From positions 5,176,600 through 5,240,599 of the forward strand of contig NC_134036.1 in NCBI RefSeq assembly GCF_964204645.1: a stretch of DNA of 64,000 bases, written 5' to 3'. Position numbers and translations under genes: made by a program. Below the pieces are notes generated by a model that was not told the DNA's origin, searched no databases, and saw only the letters and a program-made list of their open reading frames with translations. This DNA comes from Tubulanus polymorphus. Taxonomy: Eukaryota > Animalia > Nemertea. Position 1 is the first letter of the stretch. Each line of letters starts with the position of its first letter. Below are positions 1 through 11,631 of this stretch, in pieces.

Positions 1-239
1 AGTCTGCACCTTGGTACAGTTGCAGTTTTTTTTGTAATTATTGATTCGAATCTTGTTTCTACGTCTTCGAATGCGGGGTTTTCACTTCACCAAAATCAGA
101 AAGTTTTAAATACCGTCAAATCTTCCGTATTTGATTCTTAACGACAGTGATAGTGGTTCTGATAACTATCCGATTGATTTTCACGTTGAGACGCGCAGGA
201 GCAGCGAAAAAAACCATGTCTACAAATAATCAAAGTTCT

Positions 240-272
<33 letters not shown>

Positions 273-545
273 GACCGTAGTTTAACTCTGACGTTAATTC
301 TCATTTCATGTTTCTATTTTCTGAAAAAAGCGTTCAGTCTTAACGCTATAATCAATAATCTCATATTAACATTGAACGCTGATATGGGCAAAGATTCCAC
401 GGTGGCAAAGTTTGTGAATCAAGCTCAACATATAGTCAAAAAGATCGTAGCGTCTTGTAATTTTGTCATTTATTGCGCTACAAAGCGCCGCTTTCGAATT
501 CAGCCGAAATCCATATTATTTCGGATCCGTAATCGCCTAGGGTAA
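1..545 (+). pseudogene. Rhodopsin-family (class A) GPCR remnant, TM5-TM7 and C-tail, frameshifted
   Basis: ORF 147-545 has hydrophobic TM5 end (VIVVLITIRLIFTL), TM6-like LTLTLILISCFYFL and TM7-like SCNFVIYCATKRRFR. The upstream TM5 part (NLPYLIL, ~119-139) is in another frame; one extra base near 140 gives in-frame TGA at 132-134. Confidence 0.6.
242..271 (+). repeat. (CAG)10 microsatellite read as poly-Ser in the predicted third intracellular loop
   Basis: Direct count of the repeat; translated as a Ser run in ORF 147-545. Confidence 0.95.
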
Positions 546-1489
546 ACGATATTCACAATGTCACTATCTAAATCGACCGACTTGGTCAGAGCTGCGATGG
601 CAAAGAACTTGCGACCGGTCGAGAAGCTGTTAAACGATGCAACGATTTCAATCGGGCCGAACAGAAATCCCGACTTATGAAGCAACAGAAACCAGTAGAT
701 TGTTTACCGCTCTATTTTTAACACGGAGAGTCCTCATTACGCTTCGTTTATCTACATTTTCTAACGCTGATTTGTCAGTCGCACTTGAACACCCATTCGG
801 TGGTGGATTATAAAGATAAATTTCTTCACGTCGTGGGGAATCTTTTGGCGATTTTTCGGGAAAAAAAATTCCCAAAAAGTCCCGCCGCCTATCAGTGTTT
901 GGCCATTTCAACGACTGTAAGACAGGTCTAAAGCATGCGAGATGTGCAGTTGGAGCAGCCACCTTCGACAGGTTTTCTCTCAACCTGTGTACAAAGCCTG
1001 TCATGCTTTCTGTGAAATAAATTTGAACTTGAACTTGAACTAGTTCGCCCTCTAGCGGACAATTACGTCAGTAGGTCAGCCACGTCTCAGTTGGCCACAA
1101 CCATATTCATCGTCAAGTGCCACGCCACATGATGGGCAGCTTTTCCTCGAAAAATGAAATCATTTATTTGACGTCAACAACTCGAGAATTAAGAGCGGTA
1201 TATTCTTATTTATCTCCTCACCGCGTCAGTGCGCTTAACTCTTTGCTGCGACGTGGTCTTCTAACATTCGTTGATACGCTAATACTTGCAAAGCGAAGAA
1301 TTACCATTTTGGAAGCTTGAAACATTGGCTGTTGCTGTATGCAAACTGGAATTGTGTATTTCGTTAGGGCGTCCCTTACATCTCGTACCACACCTGCCGG
1401 CAACGAAACAGGAGGTCTCCATGACCTAACGACGACAGAGACTAAATTACCAAAACGACGATGATCCACATATTTATATTTTCAAGACG

Positions 1490-1495
1490 TTTATT
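1490..1495 (-). terminator. Polyadenylation signal of the secreted-peptide gene
   Basis: AATAAA on the minus strand about 100 nt downstream of the stop codon. Confidence 0.65.
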
Positions 1496-1597
1496 AGCAT
1501 CGAACTAGGTTAGCGTAACGCAATAATTAACATCAAACTGAAACATTGTAAAAAACAATTTCACGAATCGAATAATAAGCTATCGTAACGACTATCG

Positions 1598-2798
1598 TTA
1601 ATGGCATTCGTTATAGCATTTGTCGAGGGCCTCGCGGCAGGTCTGGCTGCAGGCGACGGCGTTCTGTCCGCCGTGGTGGCCGTTGACGCAGGCGGCTCCG
1701 CACTCGTAGCCGGTGTCCCAACACTTCTTCATGCACGTGATGAGCGACGCGTCCGTGGAGGCTCCCAACATCAACATAGCGATAAGTACGACGCAAATGA
1801 CCTGCGAAATAGCACGAATAAAGTCGAAATGTTTCGATTGAATTACAATTAGTTACTGTAATGATGTCTACATTGCCAGTGAATTCAACGAATCCTTGAA
1901 ATTATGATTAGTTACTAATGAGGACCTTCTCATTCTCATCAGTTCAGTGATTCAGTAAAATCATAATTCGCCTAATGACAAATTTTCATTTTCTCATTCT
2001 CGATGACTTCAGCAATTCAGCTAAATTGATTTGTTTTAAGGAATCAGTAGAATTATGATTAGTTACTAATGACGACCTTCTCATTCTCGATAACTTCAAC
2101 GATTCAGTAAAATTATGATTAGTTACTAATAACGACCTTCTCATTCTCGATAACTTCAACGATTGAGAAAAAATTGTGATTAGTTACTAATAACGATCTC
2201 GTTTTAAATGAATCCAATAATTCAGTAAAATTGTGGTTAATTTCAACGATTCATTAGAATTATGATTAATTACTAATGACGACCTTCTCATTCTCAATAA
2301 CTTCAACGAAACGTTGATTAATATATTACAAATCAACGAGTTCGAAAATCCAAGCATCGATGCAATAAACTCAATGTTGCGCCGGCAATGTCTGTGCGAC
2401 AGGTTGCACTGCATCAAATGTACCGACCTCTTTGAAATACTAATACGCGTCCAATGTCCGCTTTGACCCTTGTCTGACTTTATAAACTTAGTATTCGTAT
2501 AATTTCTGATTAGCATCCGAACGAGTTGCCAACCAAATAGGGTAAACTTCGATAATCGGAGTTAGTCGACTATAGTCGAACTAAGTGAAACAGAATGTCA
2601 GTTAGTCGGAACTATAGTCCGGCGATAGTTCGGAAATCAAGTTTATTCGGTTATTAGTTCGGACCACTAGTCGACTAGATACGAAAACCGAATTTGGCAT
2701 AGGCTGATTGCTGGTCCCAGTCCAAAACTATAGTGACCAGACACATTGAGCGCCGTACAAACAAACAAACAAACAAAAAACGGAGCAATTACCTTCAT
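1598..2798 (-). CDS. Small secreted 8-cysteine peptide precursor, 69 aa (toxin/defence-peptide-like helical hairpin)
   Basis: Exon 1 coding 2798-2793 (ATG AAG|gtaatt), intron 2792-1802, exon 2 1801-1598 (ttcgcag|GTC...CAT TAA). Product MKVICVVLIAMLMLGASTDA-SLITCMKKCWDTGYECGAACVNGHHGGQNAVACSQTCREALDKCYNECH. Hydrophobic signal peptide ending T-D-A, GC3-rich codons like the other exons here, upstream TATAAAT and downstream AATAAA. Confidence 0.9.
1850..2310 (+). repeat. Degenerate array of the 60-bp tandem repeat family, in the peptide-gene intron
   Basis: Units like ttcaacgattcagtaaaattatgattagttactaatgacgaccttctcattctc, same as 5930-6530 and 15585-16530. Confidence 0.9.
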
Positions 2799-2940
2799 TT
2801 TTGGGTGATTATGAGTGCGAATCTTCGACAGAAGTGGATAAGCTAAATACTCAGAAAAAAAAGAAATGTCATTATTATGAACACATAATCCAAGATAATT
2901 GCTAATGCGTAGTCAATCTAACGAACTAAAAAGCCCAACT

Positions 2941-2947
2941 ATTTATA
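2941..2947 (-). promoter_or_regulatory. TATA box of the secreted-peptide gene
   Basis: TATAAAT on the minus strand about 145 nt upstream of the ATG at 2798. Confidence 0.6.
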
Positions 2948-5277
2948 CAGCTGGTCTCAAAACGTTACAGAAGTGATGGATCTATAGCCGATCTTACGAT
3001 TTAGAGCTATCTGGTCATAGCTGCGCAACCTCGGCCTTGACAGTCGGAGTATCTTAACAAACCTGCATCGCGTCGCGCACTTACATGTGATTTGTGTGAA
3101 TTCGGCTCTGTGTCCTGACTTTACGAGGTCCAGTCGGGTGTTTTTATAGCGCTATCCGGGCCGATAGCGACCCACTTATCGGCGTCCGCTAATAGGCTAC
3201 GGTAATTAGCGATAACCGTAAAGTGACCGATTGATTGTAGCGAACGGGCTGCATTTGTTTCGTCAATAACAGTTTGCGCGTTTCCCATCACCCCGGGCGA
3301 ACAGGGTACTTTGGCTTCGGTGGTTGTTGGAGAGACCACGCAGAAACCAGGGGCATTTTGCACAGTCGTGTATCAGGCGGGCTTCGATCGTAAGACCGGT
3401 CTTAAGTTCTTAGATTACCGTAGAACTGAGGTGGAATTCGACCGGTCTTAAATGTTAGCCATGACTTCGCAAGTGTGGGTAAAAACTAGTTTAGAGTTGC
3501 CACCGTTTCTGTCTGGGTGCACGGGAGGCTTTAAGCCTATATGTACGGCGACTTCCTATTTCCCCGGATTTGAATCTCGGCCCAAGTATAAGGTTCCATC
3601 AGTAGGCCGACTGTGATTTTTTCCGGGGTACTCGTGAAACTTTGATGAATGTTGTCTTGTCGAAAAGTTTTGGGTAATATAAGTACTAAACAAATAAGAC
3701 TCCTAGGTGAAAAAAGACAACGAGGTCTCCGCTGTGATCTGGGATTCCACGTCAGGCAAGTGAGGATCCGCTTGGCGCGCTAGTGTGCAGTGGGACATTA
3801 GATTTTAAATTTTGTTGTGGAATCATTTTCCTATTTTGTTTTGTCTGTATGTATATATGTACATAATTCTGTTCACGTTTTGTAAATCTTTACATTTCGT
3901 ATTCTGCTTTCAATCTTGCCTCCACTTACCATTCTTATGGTTGGAGTGAAATGAATATCTTATCTTATCTAATCTTACACCGACGCCGGACTTCTTCTCT
4001 CGGATTCGATCGAAATCTACCATCCATATGATATCTCAAATTCAAAGAATCAGGAATGGAAAGCGTGTCCTTCCGTATGCAGATTTGACTATGGTAACGT
4101 TATAATATGTATAGTTTTTAGATTTCATTTTAAAAGATGCATCAGTTGGTAGACGATGAAACGTTGGTTTCCAAATAAAACTAACTGCCACATTCGGATT
4201 GTAAAGAATATGTATGCCTATAAATACGTAGAGTACATAACGAATTACCTATAACAACAATTCAACATATTTATTATCTATAATATCCATGAACAATTTC
4301 GAGGCACTCCTCGTATTCAATAAATCGTCGTATCAATACAGTACTACTGTTTTGTGCGCCATCTGGTGACAAAGCCGGCGCGCGAGCGCCTGGCTTCTGT
4401 AATACGATATAATTTATGGGGGTGATCGAAAAATTAATCGTTACTAATCGAATCGTTTGTTCGAAAACCGTCATCAAACAGCGTCAAACCTAATACGCGA
4501 CGTAATCGATACTTATACAGAGCGGTTATACGTAATTATGTTCATTTCGACGGTTTAAATTCTAGAAATATCGAGATTCTATTTCCTATATGCGACAATG
4601 TAGAGTTCTATTGATAATAATAGTCATAATAATAATCTAGAATTACGCCGTGTCGCGGTGACTATTAAACAGAAGTATATTTATATATGAGGACAACAGC
4701 TGCCGCAGCGCTACTGCATTAATACTGCTGAAAATACAGTTGAGTCGTTGAGCTTATAGACGGCTATAGAGACTGAACGAACGACAGGCTATATATGCAT
4801 GCGCGTTGTGAATATTGAAATTTATGCCGCCATATTAACCGAACGCGACGCTCTCGTCACAACTCATAAAGCTAGCTGCTTCTGTCGTAGCTGCTGCGTC
4901 GGTTGAACGAATTCTGCATACACGCGACTTATACGCGGTTTTTCGATTTTGAACATTTGAAAATTATATATAGCCCGCGTTTAACTATTCTATATAATCG
5001 CCCGCTGATGAGTCGACCGGGTCCTACGGATTACTGATATAACCAGTTGTACCAGTTGGCGCGCGACGGTCGGAAGGATACGAGGTACATATTTGCATTT
5101 TGTTTGATAATCACTAGCTAGCGGTAAGTCGGCGACTGAAAACGCGCGCTATATATATACAGGTATAATAAAACATCTGATTTTGATAACGTTGGGTAAT
5201 CGATTCCGTTTAATTATCGAATGCATTATCTCGTCGTGGTAAATTGTCTGTTCATTGTTCTGATAGGTAATCATGGT

Positions 5278-5346
5278 TTCAATTCAATTCTATGAGCCAT
5301 TTTCAAAAACAGTTTTTGAAAATGGCTCATAGAATTGAGTTGAAAC
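5278..5346. repeat. Near-perfect ~69-bp palindrome, probably a Penelope-like remnant
   Basis: tttcaattcaattctatgagccattttcaaaaac-a-gtttttgaaaatggctcatagaattgagttgaaa; followed by gaaacgtt and tgtgggtttttatc, as in the other Penelope-like ends in this window. Confidence 0.75.
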
Positions 5347-5929
5347 GTTAAGCTACCAGATAGTTTTTCTTTTTATTGTGGGTTTTTATCTACTATTGAT
5401 ATTGGACAACCACTTGTCTATGGAAACCAATCATAGAGATGATTATGCTAAAAACGTACTAACATGTATTGGCTTTTCGACTGAATTCTATGAGCAAATT
5501 TTAAAACTTACAGAATTGCGCCGAAGCGTCACTACTCACTTAGTTTTTTTTAGAATCGTTATTAGAACTCCTCTCTTAGTTTTTGAAAAAGGGTTTATAC
5601 GTTTGGGTCGAAACGTGGCTAGACTGTTTTTTAAGTTTTCTCCATGATTGCGGGTTGTTTCTTTTAATCAATTTACAGACAGTCTATGAAATATGTCTTA
5701 TATGTTTATGAAAAGCGACATTTTTTGTTCTCATTGCATATTGGGTTTTGACGCATCAATCACGTCTTGTCAATCATGATATGTATTGTAGACGGGATTG
5801 GTCTAATAATCGAACTTGATTTTATCAGTTTTATGGTAATCGCATGTTAAATTATTTAGTTTACTTTTTGACTGTTTACTGTTTATTACAATGGGAGTAA
5901 CTGACTGGAAGATGTTTTGTGTTGCAGTC

Positions 5930-6530
5930 ATTACGATAAGTTACTAATCATTCAGAATTTCTCATCCCCAATAACATCATCGATTTTAGTAATATTATGA
6001 TTAGTTACCAATGAAGACCTTTTCGTTCTCAACATCTTCAACGATTCAGTAAAATTACGGTTAGTTACTAATGACGACCTTCTCATTCTCAATAACTTCA
6101 ACAATTCAGTAAAATTGTGATAAGTTACTAATGACGACCTTCTCATTCTCAATAACTTCAACAATTCAGTAAAATTATGATTAGTTACTAATAACGATCT
6201 TCTCATTCTCAATAACTTCAACGATTCAGTCAAATTATGATTAGTTACTAATAACGACCTTCTCATTCTCAATAACTTCAACGATTCAGTCAAATTATGA
6301 TTAGTTACTAATAACGACCTTTTCATTCTCAATATCTTCATCTATTCAGAAAAATCATGATTGGTTACTAATAACGACCTTCTCATGTTCAATAACTTCA
6401 ACGATTGAGTGAAATTATACATAGTTACTTATGACGACCTTCTCATTCTAAAATGAATTGATCGATTCAGCAAAATTACGATTCGTTGCTAACAATTCAG
6501 AAAAATGTGATTAGCCACTAATTACAAAAC
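5930..6530 (+). repeat. 60-bp tandem repeat array, about 9-10 units
   Basis: Units align vertically in the 60-column layout; source of spurious ORF 5952-6341. Confidence 0.95.
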
Positions 6531-7118
6531 CTTTCTCATATGGGGTGATTAATTAGACGATCGATTCTGAATTATGCCGATTATAAAGCTTTCGAAAAAA
6601 ACTGGGCCTTGTCGCGCGCATTGAGAAGTATTGTCGGGCCGCTTGAAAGCGCGAGTTCACTACATGCAGCAATTGAATCGTCACGTGGCGCACCTGCGCG
6701 TATTATATAGGCATATGCCACTGCTACAGTCGTCAAAACACTGCGCGACCACTGCTGTTTCATTTCGAACAAAAACACTCTCGTCGACAACGAAACGTGA
6801 GAAGTACCGATCAACTGAAATAGAAAATAAAATAACGCGATCGTATTTCATGATTTCGATCGCCTAAGATAACAGTATATTTATGTATACGTCATATCGT
6901 AGTTGAAATTGAGATTATTTGATTTTTATTTTTGTTTAGAAATCTATCGGAGCGATACGAATTCGCAAAAAGGCTCGCTCATAACGATCTGGATAAAAAC
7001 GATCTCAGATTGTTCACACCAAGCAAAAAACCGCCGATGTAGTGCATATATAGATTTCGTGAGTAGATCCTTAGAATAGTATAGGATATTGAATATGTTT
7101 CAGTTGTCGACTAAAATA

Positions 7119-7261
7119 CTGGGGTCGGTTGCATAGTCATGGCTTTGACTTAAGACCAGTCTAAGATCAACTTGTTCTATAGCCACTCTAACAATTTTAG
7201 ACCAGTTTTAAGATTTAAGACCGCTTTTGGACTTAAGTCACGACTCTGCAACTGGCCCCAG
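7119..7261. mobile_element. Short MITE with GGGG...CCCC termini (Harbinger-like), copy 1
   Basis: Terminal inverted repeats ctggggtcggttgcatagtc / gactctgcaactggccccag; internal ttaagaccagt sub-repeats. Confidence 0.7.
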
Positions 7262-7633
7262 TTGCCTAGAGCACAAAAACAAAATCACTTAGATTTAAGA
7301 ATATCATTCAGATGCTAGGAAAGAATATCCAATTTCTTGAACGGACAGGCTCCGCTCAGCGGCTACCAGTCTATGTTTTTGGGCGAATCAGATGCGTTAC
7401 ATACATAGAGCAAATTTGCCGGCGAAGGACACAGCATTTCCGAGGGCGTAATATGTAGACGGGTGGCCACCGAGCGGCAACCTGTCCACCCAGAAGTCTT
7501 GAGCTATGTAATATAGACCAATGAAGGATCCGCGGTTAGGGTTTGTGTTGGCGTGAGCTTAGGCGGTAGGCAATCAAGCCCTGGCAAGCGAAGGTGAACT
7601 AGACTGGTCCCAAATCTAAGCAGCAGCTAACCC

Positions 7634-7775
7634 CTGGGGCTGGTTGCATAGTCATGGCTTATACTTAAGACCAGTCTAGGACCAACTTAGTTCTATAGCC
7701 AATCTAACAACTTAAGACCAGTCTAAAGATTTAAGACCACTTTTGGACTCAAGTCACGACTGTGCAACTGGCCTG
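7634..7775. mobile_element. Same MITE family, copy 2
   Basis: Highly similar to 7119-7261; looser relatives at ~3350-3480, ~25700-25820 and ~40610-40950. Confidence 0.7.
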
Positions 7776-9654
7776 AACGCTAAATGAAATCATATGAATC
7801 GGATGAATATGCGTGAAATCCCGTAGTGACGACGGAATGAAGGGTCGGAATTTTGAAAGGGGATTGACCCCTATATTGGAATAATGCTGAAACGAACGTT
7901 TCAATCTCGAATTGTATCAAATTATGTATTTAGTTGAGGGATAACACATTCATTCGAATTGAAAGATAGGTTATGCCGTTAATTAAGCGGCTAATCGTAT
8001 CACATTTGAAATTTGAATCAGGTTATGAGTAATTAACAAACCTGCGAACAACTAATTAGATCGTGAATAATTGGACGTTTTAGCTCGACACATGCTGAAA
8101 TCAATTATTCATTAATCAAATAGTAATACTAGAGGGGCGCGCAATTAGAATTTCAAATTATTTCATTCGATTTTTGTATTTTGAATCGAAAATCAAGTAA
8201 CCGGTATAATCAATATGATCATGGTAGCTAGGCCTAGTCCCTGCGTTTGATATTTCGGATGAACTTACGCAGAACTTGCTAGTCCTAATGCCTATGGTTG
8301 TTTTTCAAAAACTTCCACATTTCGATTATAATGGTAGAATAATTCTAGGTAGTGTGAATAATTCTTTCCATTGAGATGTATATCAAATTGCCAGGGACTG
8401 TTTGTGGATACAGTTAAGTTAAGCGAAGGTTTGGGAATTCATTTCGTGGCTTCGATCGAGAAAGAGCGCGTTTTCGTCTGATATAAAATTACGCCGAAAA
8501 AAAAACAGGGAAATCGACCTCGACCTATTCTTGTCACAGAGGCTTCTAAAACTGTAACTAATTTTTCCAAACCAACAAGGAAGGTACAGGCACGCTTTCA
8601 GAAACGCGTGACTGCCGATTCATTTGGAATAGTGTAAAGTTGATTTCGATAATTTACTATCATTAGTCGATGGCGACAACACTGTCGAAATGGGTCCAGC
8701 TTGCGTCCGAAACCGAGCGCATCGAAGCGCAATGAGCGCGATTAACGACTGTGAAACCATATAAAACCGCCACATGCATGGTCATCCTATAATCTAACAT
8801 CCTCGTCAGCAAACCCCGTGATAGTTCGGTTCGATTTTAATTGAAATATTGAAAGCACGATATACTGTTTTATTGATTTGACGATTGATTAACGTTGTTA
8901 GGTCCCATTTTAGAATAGAAGGAATTGAAGCGGTGCCAATTTCCGGGTAACTACTAGCGCGCCTGGTGGGTCCTCGCTTGCCACAAGCGGAATCCTCGCT
9001 TCCAACAGGGGCGTTGTCAGGTCCTCGCATCATAAACAAATTTCGTACTCATTTTTCCGCCTTAGCGGATTTTACTAGTTTGCGAGTTCACGAGTAAGCC
9101 CAACGCACGCGACGCGTGGAAACATGAAAACATGTTTCCTTGCGTTTCCTTGTGCGCTTACGAGGAACGAGAAACATGGCTTCGGAAACAATGTTTCTGG
9201 GATCCTGAGTTTCTATGTTTCCGTGTTTCCTGCATTGTGTGCTTTGGGCTTAATAAGACGTTATTAGGGCCATACACATGTTCAGCCGTTAGCGGCACGA
9301 ATTTTCGTTTATAATTAAATCGGGTTTTTAACGATCATTTATGGCGGACTCGGCGCGATCGTATATATTATTATACCCCGATGAGCGATCCGGGCAGAAT
9401 CTAATTAGGAAAAACTACGAACAGCGCGATTAAAATGTGGCCGGTATTCATTTTAAGCGCCGGCGTTTATGCGACGGATAATGATACGATAATATACTGG
9501 CAGATAGGCCGAGCGCCGCCGCTTCGCTGTGATAATGAACTATATGTAGGGATAATTAACTATTGCGAATCAAGCGCTCGAATTCTATTCGAATCTTATT
9601 GCAATTCTTTTGGAAAAACCTTCTATTATCGTGATAATGAACACGATGAAATAT

Positions 9655-9975
9655 TCACAGTAGTCTCGACGATACCGACCTACGCTAGCGAGTTCCCTGA
9701 TTCTCTACTCGGTGAAATATAAACAACAGTCCCGACGCTACCGAGTTCCCTGATTCTCAACTCGGTTGAATATCTGCAGCAGTCCCAACGCTACCGAGTT
9801 TCTCTATTGTCAACTAATTGCAATATCTACAGCAGTCCCGGGACTACGAAATTCCCCGATTCCTAACTCTGTGGAATATTTCCTGCACTCCCGACGCTAC
9901 CGAGTACCAGTCCCGAAGCAGCCGAGTTCCCTGATTTTCAACTCGGTGAAATATTAACAACAGTCCCGACGCTAA
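9655..9975 (+). repeat. ~53-bp degenerate tandem repeat
   Basis: Recurring cagtcccgacgctaccgagttccctgattctcaactcggtgaaatat, e.g. at 9728 and 9781. Confidence 0.85.
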
Positions 9976-11558
9976 AAATATTAGCCACACTAAACTATTA
10001 CAAGTAGAAAACGACCAAAAAAATATAAAAATGGACAAAATGATCTTGTAATATAGCTATTTCCAGAATCTCATTGTATTAAATTAGGCAGCCAGAAAAA
10101 TTCATCCCAATCAGTCGCTTGCCGGTTCAGACTGAATGGAAGATTGTTTGGATGAACCGGAACCGAATTTCCAATTATGTACTTCGATTTTAAAATATTC
10201 TGTTTACTCGACCGCCGATCACACATCTATATCTGTACTTCGATTTCCGATTTCAAAATCAAACCCCCTGTTTCGCTCCCGGCAGGTGTGGTGGGTCTGT
10301 AAGGGACACTCAATCGAAAAATCAAACAAAATTTACCAGCCAAATAAATAAATAATGGGGACAATCCCTATTTTAAGATCGAAAAATAGTAGCCGCACTT
10401 TACCGCGCATCCATTTAAACACTTAACATCTATCTATATTTGCCCGTTGGTGGAAACCACTACGAGCGCAGAATACGACTCGAAAAATAAACAACGTTCG
10501 CAACTGATCAAACCAAACATTTCAAAAACGAATATATAGGCCTGTATACGCGTGCAATGTGAAGGAGAAACATCTCCAGTACATTGATGACTACTAGGAA
10601 AAAATCAATGACCTCTTCATATTTTTCCGATGCCGACAGCTGCTGCGTCGTTTTTATTTTTGTACAGTCACGGGAATTGAAGTAAAATGTACAAGTAGTA
10701 TCGAATATAGTATCGATTTAAGTCGACAGATGGCGTTTTGCCACCCCACGCCGTTTCGTCCGCGGACTGTTATGGCGATAGGTTTGACTCGGGATAGTGC
10801 GATTGTGTGGCAGTTCGGGGATACGTCTAGAGGCAGGCGATGGTCTAGCGGAGTCGACAGTCCACATATTTCATCTCTTGCTAAATATTAACGAGGCTAG
10901 CGGAGACTCCTGGGAGATCCACGCGTCGCGTCTCCAGTTCGTTTTTGACCTCACAACGCTACTCCGGCGATTCAACTTGTGGCAAGTGAGGATCCACCAG
11001 GTGTCGCTAGTGTGCAGTAGCGAGTCACGATTATCATTTCATATAATCATCTTTATTTTTACTTTACAATTTCAGTTACATATAACGATTTAACAGTATT
11101 TTCTTTAAAAATTATACCTCGATTTTGACCAGGGCCGAAAAAATTGCATTTGATTGATGGGGCAGTTAACTGAAGTCGAAAACCAATTTCACGATTCTAC
11201 CTTAAAAAAGAAAACTCAGTTTATCCCTCGTATAGAAATACTTGTCAGTCTCAAGTGAAGGATTCTACATAAGATTGCTATTGCATATGACAAATGATTT
11301 TTGTTTTTCAAAAAGGGCGCTTTACCAAAATTCGAATCATATACGAACGGTCGTTACCAGGTATTTCCTTTTGTCTTACAGGCGAAAACAACCGCGCGCA
11401 TATAGTCCTGGAAATATCGTTTCGCAAACGTCGACCAGTATCAAAAAAGAAGAATACAAGCGTTAGACGAAGTAAGGGCTGAAAAAAAGAACACCTAAAA
11501 GAAAAGAAAGACACGGTGAAATTCATCAAAATATCCATCACGTCCTTCGATCCTAACC

Positions 11559-11631
11559 ATGGGCAACAGCGAGTCGACGTTGAGCTGTTTTCGGCGCGAA
11601 AAGTTGATTCACGAATTCAAAATATTTTACG
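11559..11631 (+). CDS. Alternative first coding exon 1a: MGNSESTLSCFRREKLIHEFKIFY(D)
   Basis: ATG at 11559; phase-1 donor G|gtaagt at 11631/11632; candidate UTR acceptor ttacag at 11381. Confidence 0.85.

Noticed and set aside
1601-1852. ORF-track proteins 1601-1852 (+) and 1611-1796 (-)
   Set aside because: Antisense shadow and wrong-frame reading of the real Cys-rich peptide exon.
5004-5040. Hammerhead ribozyme at ctgatgag
   Set aside because: No stem II followed by GAAA at a suitable distance.
5952-6341. Repetitive LLRMRRSSLVTNHN proteins (also 15585-15836, 15957-16196, 2187-2516)
   Set aside because: Translations of the 60-bp satellite, whose length is a multiple of 3; no independent evidence of a gene.
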